Made by a program: the position numbers and the translations under genes | Shown here: piece by piece, positions 61,401 to 64,000 of the stretch | Layout: every line of letters starts with the position of its first letter | Numbering within the stretch: the first letter of the stretch is position 1 | The notes under the pieces: generated by a model | Told to the model about the DNA's origin: nothing | Databases searched by the model: none | Seen by the model: the letters and a program-made list of their open reading frames with translations, nothing else | Assembly: GCF_000315625.1 (NCBI RefSeq) | Contig: NW_005434482.1 | Location: 22,338 to 86,337, forward strand | DNA from: Guillardia theta CCMP2712 | Taxonomy: Eukaryota; Protista; Cryptophyta | Direction of reading: 5' to 3' | Length of the DNA: 64,000 nucleotides

Positions 61401-61680
61401 CCAGGTGCGCGCACGAGAGGCGGGAGCGATCGAGGCCGTCGTCAGCGCAATGACCGGGAACACAGACCACGACGTACAGCAGGCAGCATGTGACGCGCTG
61501 CACAGCATGGTCAACGGCATGGCAGACAGCCAGGTGCGCGCACGAGAGGCGGGAGCGATCGAGGCCGTCGTCAGCGCGATGAATAGGAATGGGCGTGGCT
61601 CTGAGGCGAGCCGACGGCTGAGGTCTGTGCTTGAGCGACAAGATTCCGACACGGCGATGGTAGGGGAGAAGAGAAGCTGA
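58402..61680 (+). CDS. U-box + tyrosine-kinase-like (pseudo)kinase + armadillo-repeat protein, intronless
   Basis: FFCPISMVLMTDPV..DGNTYERSSIETW..SPLT..LVPNFALRSAIQEW; VHRDLAARH, LPVRYMPPE, KSDVWAFGV; ~13 ARM repeats of AGAIEAVVSAM...VQQAACxAL. Confidence 0.92.
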   Translation: MVAEQQPLASFFCPISMVLMTDPVSCCDGNTYERSSIETWLQLHPSSPLTGACLPSKQLVPNFALRSAIQEWKEQHAFFVPRHEVEIDQQPISEGSSKTLYIGYLRMRGRGAMPEKIKVAVLKLRQGDGEREAGVMLSLGPHPRLVRYMGQSEDAEGCRLLLTEYAELGSLRRALLGRLAGQVTGGHQMAMMHQIAQGMEHLAEQRVVHRDLAARHVLVLGFDKDDLRRTSVKVAGFGRAIDLADGTDATVAGRGLPVRYMPPESMKKGRCSEKSDVWAFGVTCWEILTLGKTPYSNMTDDTVIRYVCGGGRLPREDIEGGCPDEVWALIESCWSTSEEDRPTFAELAVALGRAGAEGPERTAWRWSGKTPGLQDAWSSSQSLCRRICSVAEAAWRRIGEAAGGGIDVVATRVRKRKYRELAGQESACDALEGMTSAARDPLSTRAKRLRVGAPSTVEGQDARGMQQLAREAWRQLRTGAEDSIEAVVQEIRTYEVLAEVQQAACEALVSMAQSVEDYKHKAREAGAIEAVVSAMSRHPQDAQVQQAACEALRHTVCRAEVSQECAREAGAIEAVVSAMSRHADDVRVQQAACEALEDIVSFIDGNKVRAREAGAIEAVVSAMSRHPEDAGVQQAACQALEDIVLFIDGNKVRAREAGAIEAVVSAMSRHPQDAQVQQAACEALRHTVCRAEVSQECAREAGAIEAVVSAMSRHADDVRVQQAACEALEDIVSFIDGNKVRAREAGAIEAVVSAMSRHPEDAGVQQAACQALEDIVLFIDENQVRVREAGAIEAVVSAMSRHADDVRVQQAACKALSCVLSFMNESQVRAREAGAIEAVIRVLDIHADNVRVQFEWFWTLKYTMQYFRYQGTARDAAAIDAIVSAMTRHQTRTKVQEGFCKVLNEITKDNKQNRLPVTQAGAIEAVVSAMTRNTDHDVQQAACDALHSMVNGMADSQVRAREAGAIEAVVSAMTRNTDNRWVQQVACDALHSMVNGMADSQVRAREAGAIEAVVSAMTGNTDHDVQQAACDALHSMVNGMADSQVRAREAGAIEAVVSAMNRNGRGSEASRRLRSVLERQDSDTAMVGEKRS
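59965..61580 (+). repeat. Coding tandem repeat: 132-bp units (396-bp higher-order), then 129/132-bp units
   Basis: gcgggagcgatcgaggc(t/c)gtcgtcagcgc recurs; unit starts at 59965, 60097, 60229, 60361, 60493, 60625, 60757, 60889. Confidence 0.95.
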
Positions 61681-62630
61681 GGACCGACGGAGGCAGGAGG
61701 GAGGAGAGGCAGGACTATACGACTTGAGGGTGAAGTGGCTCATCAGGAAGCAGCTCACAGAAAGGAGGGAAGAGGTTAGTACCTTGAGCCTGGGTCAAGA
61801 CATAAGAAATCGAACAACCCTACCTGGATGGATGTGTGGTCAAATCTTGGGATAAGTTCTTCAAGGCGACGAGAGCTTCAGGGTGAAGCATCTCAGCAGG
61901 TGGCCGAGCTCAGCGAAAGGAGGGAGGCCAGAGCTCATAGGAACCGAAACCCGAGTCCTGCTGACGAGGACCCCTCGGGATCCTCTTTGTTGCAGGAACA
62001 GTTTACCCGTGGTGGCTTTTACAAGCGGAATAGGAGAGTAATTCTTGTGGAGTACAACCCGTTGGAAGCAGCCTGCTTGCATGCGAGGACGGGGGCCTCT
62101 TCCCTACGCGAGAGCAAGGCTTCCTTTCGAGGTCCTGAAGGGATGGTCAACATCTAAGGGGAGAAGCTTGTCAACTTCCAAGCAAACAACCCTCCTACTT
62201 CCTTCAGCCAAAAGACGGTACCTCTGTCTGCTTGTTCGAAGCTATAAAAGGATCATCATCTTCAGGACCAGGTGATCATCTTCCACTTTCGCGTGTGTGC
62301 CACGTCTGTTTGTGCCACACCTGTGTGTTGGCTTCACTTGTTTGTTGTTTGAGAATAAAGAGAGGTAGATCTCTTTCTCTCACACTGATTTCCTCTTGAT
62401 AGAGTAAATCCAGCGCGAGTTCTTGTTGAGCTGCGCTTGAAGTTCATCCTGTAAAGCCTCGGGGTGTGACAGAAGGTTGGGATCTTGAGGTAAAGTGAGA
62501 AAATAGAAAATCGACTGACCTGGATTGATGCGTCAAGCAGTTAATTTGCTTTGCATTTTCTCGCTTCTTTCAAGCGTTGCACTAGTAGGAAAGAATGTCT
62601 TTTATGGAGAATATATATTTGCTGAAGTGT

Positions 62631-62848
62631 AAAAACTTTGATGAGCTCCTTGAAATGATTTATTGGAATGTAAAACTTTGATGCGCTCCTAAAACTTTGA
62701 TGAGCTCCTTGAAATGATTTATTGGAATGTAAAACTTTGATGAGCTCCTTGAAATGATTTATTGGAATGTAAAACTTTGATGAGCTCCTTGAAATGATTT
62801 ATTGGAATGTAAAACTTTGATGAGCTCCTTGAAATGATTCATTGAAAT
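62631..62848. repeat. 40-bp minisatellite, about 5 copies
   Basis: aaaactttgatgagctccttgaaatgatttattggaatgt. Confidence 0.95.
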
Positions 62849-63794
62849 CACCTTTCATGTGATTCACGAGGACGATAACGACAGCAACGCCGGATGAGGT
62901 GACTGTCAGGCCCTGGCCTTGACGATGTTCCTTACACGGAACATACCTGGCGGCTGAGGAGATAGCAGGGGTCTCACGAAACGGATGAGTGATGCTAGCA
63001 AGCAACAGAACGACCGGGTCTCAGGCCTCTCAAGGACCCTCGCCGGGACTTCAAGGTCTGCCACTTCGTCTCCTTGGGCCACAACGGAACACAGACCCTA
63101 CCTGGTCTGTTGCGGTGGAATGAACGGGTCTGCTCCCTCTTGCTGCAATGTGGCGTGCGACCTTTGGTACATGGTTCCCTTCTCCTTCCTCCGCGCTGTA
63201 CGTGTCCTTCCCTCTCTCCGCTGTCTCCTAGCATCTTGAATAAACCCCTTTGAGTTCACACCTTTCTCCTTAGCATTCGAGGTCAGCGAGAATTCGCTTT
63301 GTAGCAGTGACCTACACGCCCTCTGTGCTAGAGATTATGCCAGCGTTGAATTTCTGTTGTCGACAATTTCACGGAGGATTCCAACAGAATGCGCGGACAC
63401 TTTTACATCGTTCGTTTACATTGTTCGTTGCAAACAGAAACGAATCAAATGCAGTTTTCATTAACCAAGAGCGTTGGATCACAAGCTTCTTGTCGATGGC
63501 AAGATTGCTGATGACCAACTTTGAGACGGAAAGGACGGGTAGCAATCTGTTAACCTAAATCCTAAACCTTCGGGTCTCGTTCTAGTTGATCTGCACGAAT
63601 CACGGTTAGGAATGTCACATCAGCGGCGACGACTTTCCTGGATGGTGAGCTGAATTTCGCACTGGTAGTTGCTTTTGAAATGATATCCTGGCCTGCACAC
63701 TACGTTAAGGCTGAAGTAAAACTATCTCTATGTCATCTGCCGACGTCTTTCCAAGATTTCCAAGATTTGCCTTTCTTTAAAAGAAAGAAATCAA

Positions 63795-64000
63795 GGTAAA
63801 GAGAGAGATTGAGGGGGTAAAGAGAGAGATCGAGTGGGTGGAGAGAGAGATCGAGGGGGTAGAGAGAGAGATCGAGGGGGTAGAGAGAGAGATCGAGGGG
63901 GTAGAGAGAGAGATCGAGGGGGTAGAGAGAGAGATCGAGGGGGTAGAGAGAGAGATCGAGGGGGTAGAGAGAGAGATCGAGGGGGTAGAGAGAGAGATCG
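63795..64000. repeat. 21-bp tandem repeat running off the window end
   Basis: gagagagagatcgagggggta, about 10 copies. Confidence 0.95.

Noticed and set aside
59283-61758. Long antisense ORFs over the ARM array
   Set aside because: Shadow frames of a coding tandem repeat
61700-62160. Possible retroelement or pseudogene fragment after the U-box gene
   Set aside because: Short interrupted frames with no recognisable RT, integrase or chromodomain motif
62631-62848. CRISPR-like array
   Set aside because: The units are contiguous with no unique spacers, there are no cas genes, and the context is eukaryotic
63795-64000. Telomere-like (AG)nG-run repeat
   Set aside because: The 21-bp unit contains TC and TA interruptions and decays gradually at its 5' end like an ordinary GA-rich minisatellite; no evidence of a chromosome end

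Overview
Eukaryotic nuclear draft sequence with five N-gaps. It is gene-dense, with many ~45-60 nt introns plus longer CT/GA-microsatellite introns; the style resembles a cryptophyte such as Guillardia theta (inference only). About 20 protein genes are supportable. The standout is a ~28-intron gene at 49402-56142 (+) that the ORF track shows only in pieces. Spliced by eye it encodes cytochrome b5 - three CPF motifs - four tandem globin domains (the third lacking the proximal His) - ankyrin-like repeats - a TRP-like 6-TM ion channel, i.e. a candidate heme/gas/redox-gated channel. Other notable items: a ~2.85 kb inverted duplication of a secreted Cys/Met-rich protein gene, symmetrically flanked by SHAQKYF MYB genes that share an unusual insertion; an alpha-kinase and a U-box/Tyr-kinase-like/ARM-repeat protein that both look catalytically dead; two diverged paralogues of an orphan membrane-anchored protein; and recurring GC-rich, palindrome-dense intergenic islands followed by TACCC-rich linkers upstream of genes. 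All splice models were read by eye and need RNA-seq confirmation. No tRNA, rRNA, CRISPR array or intact mobile element was recognised.
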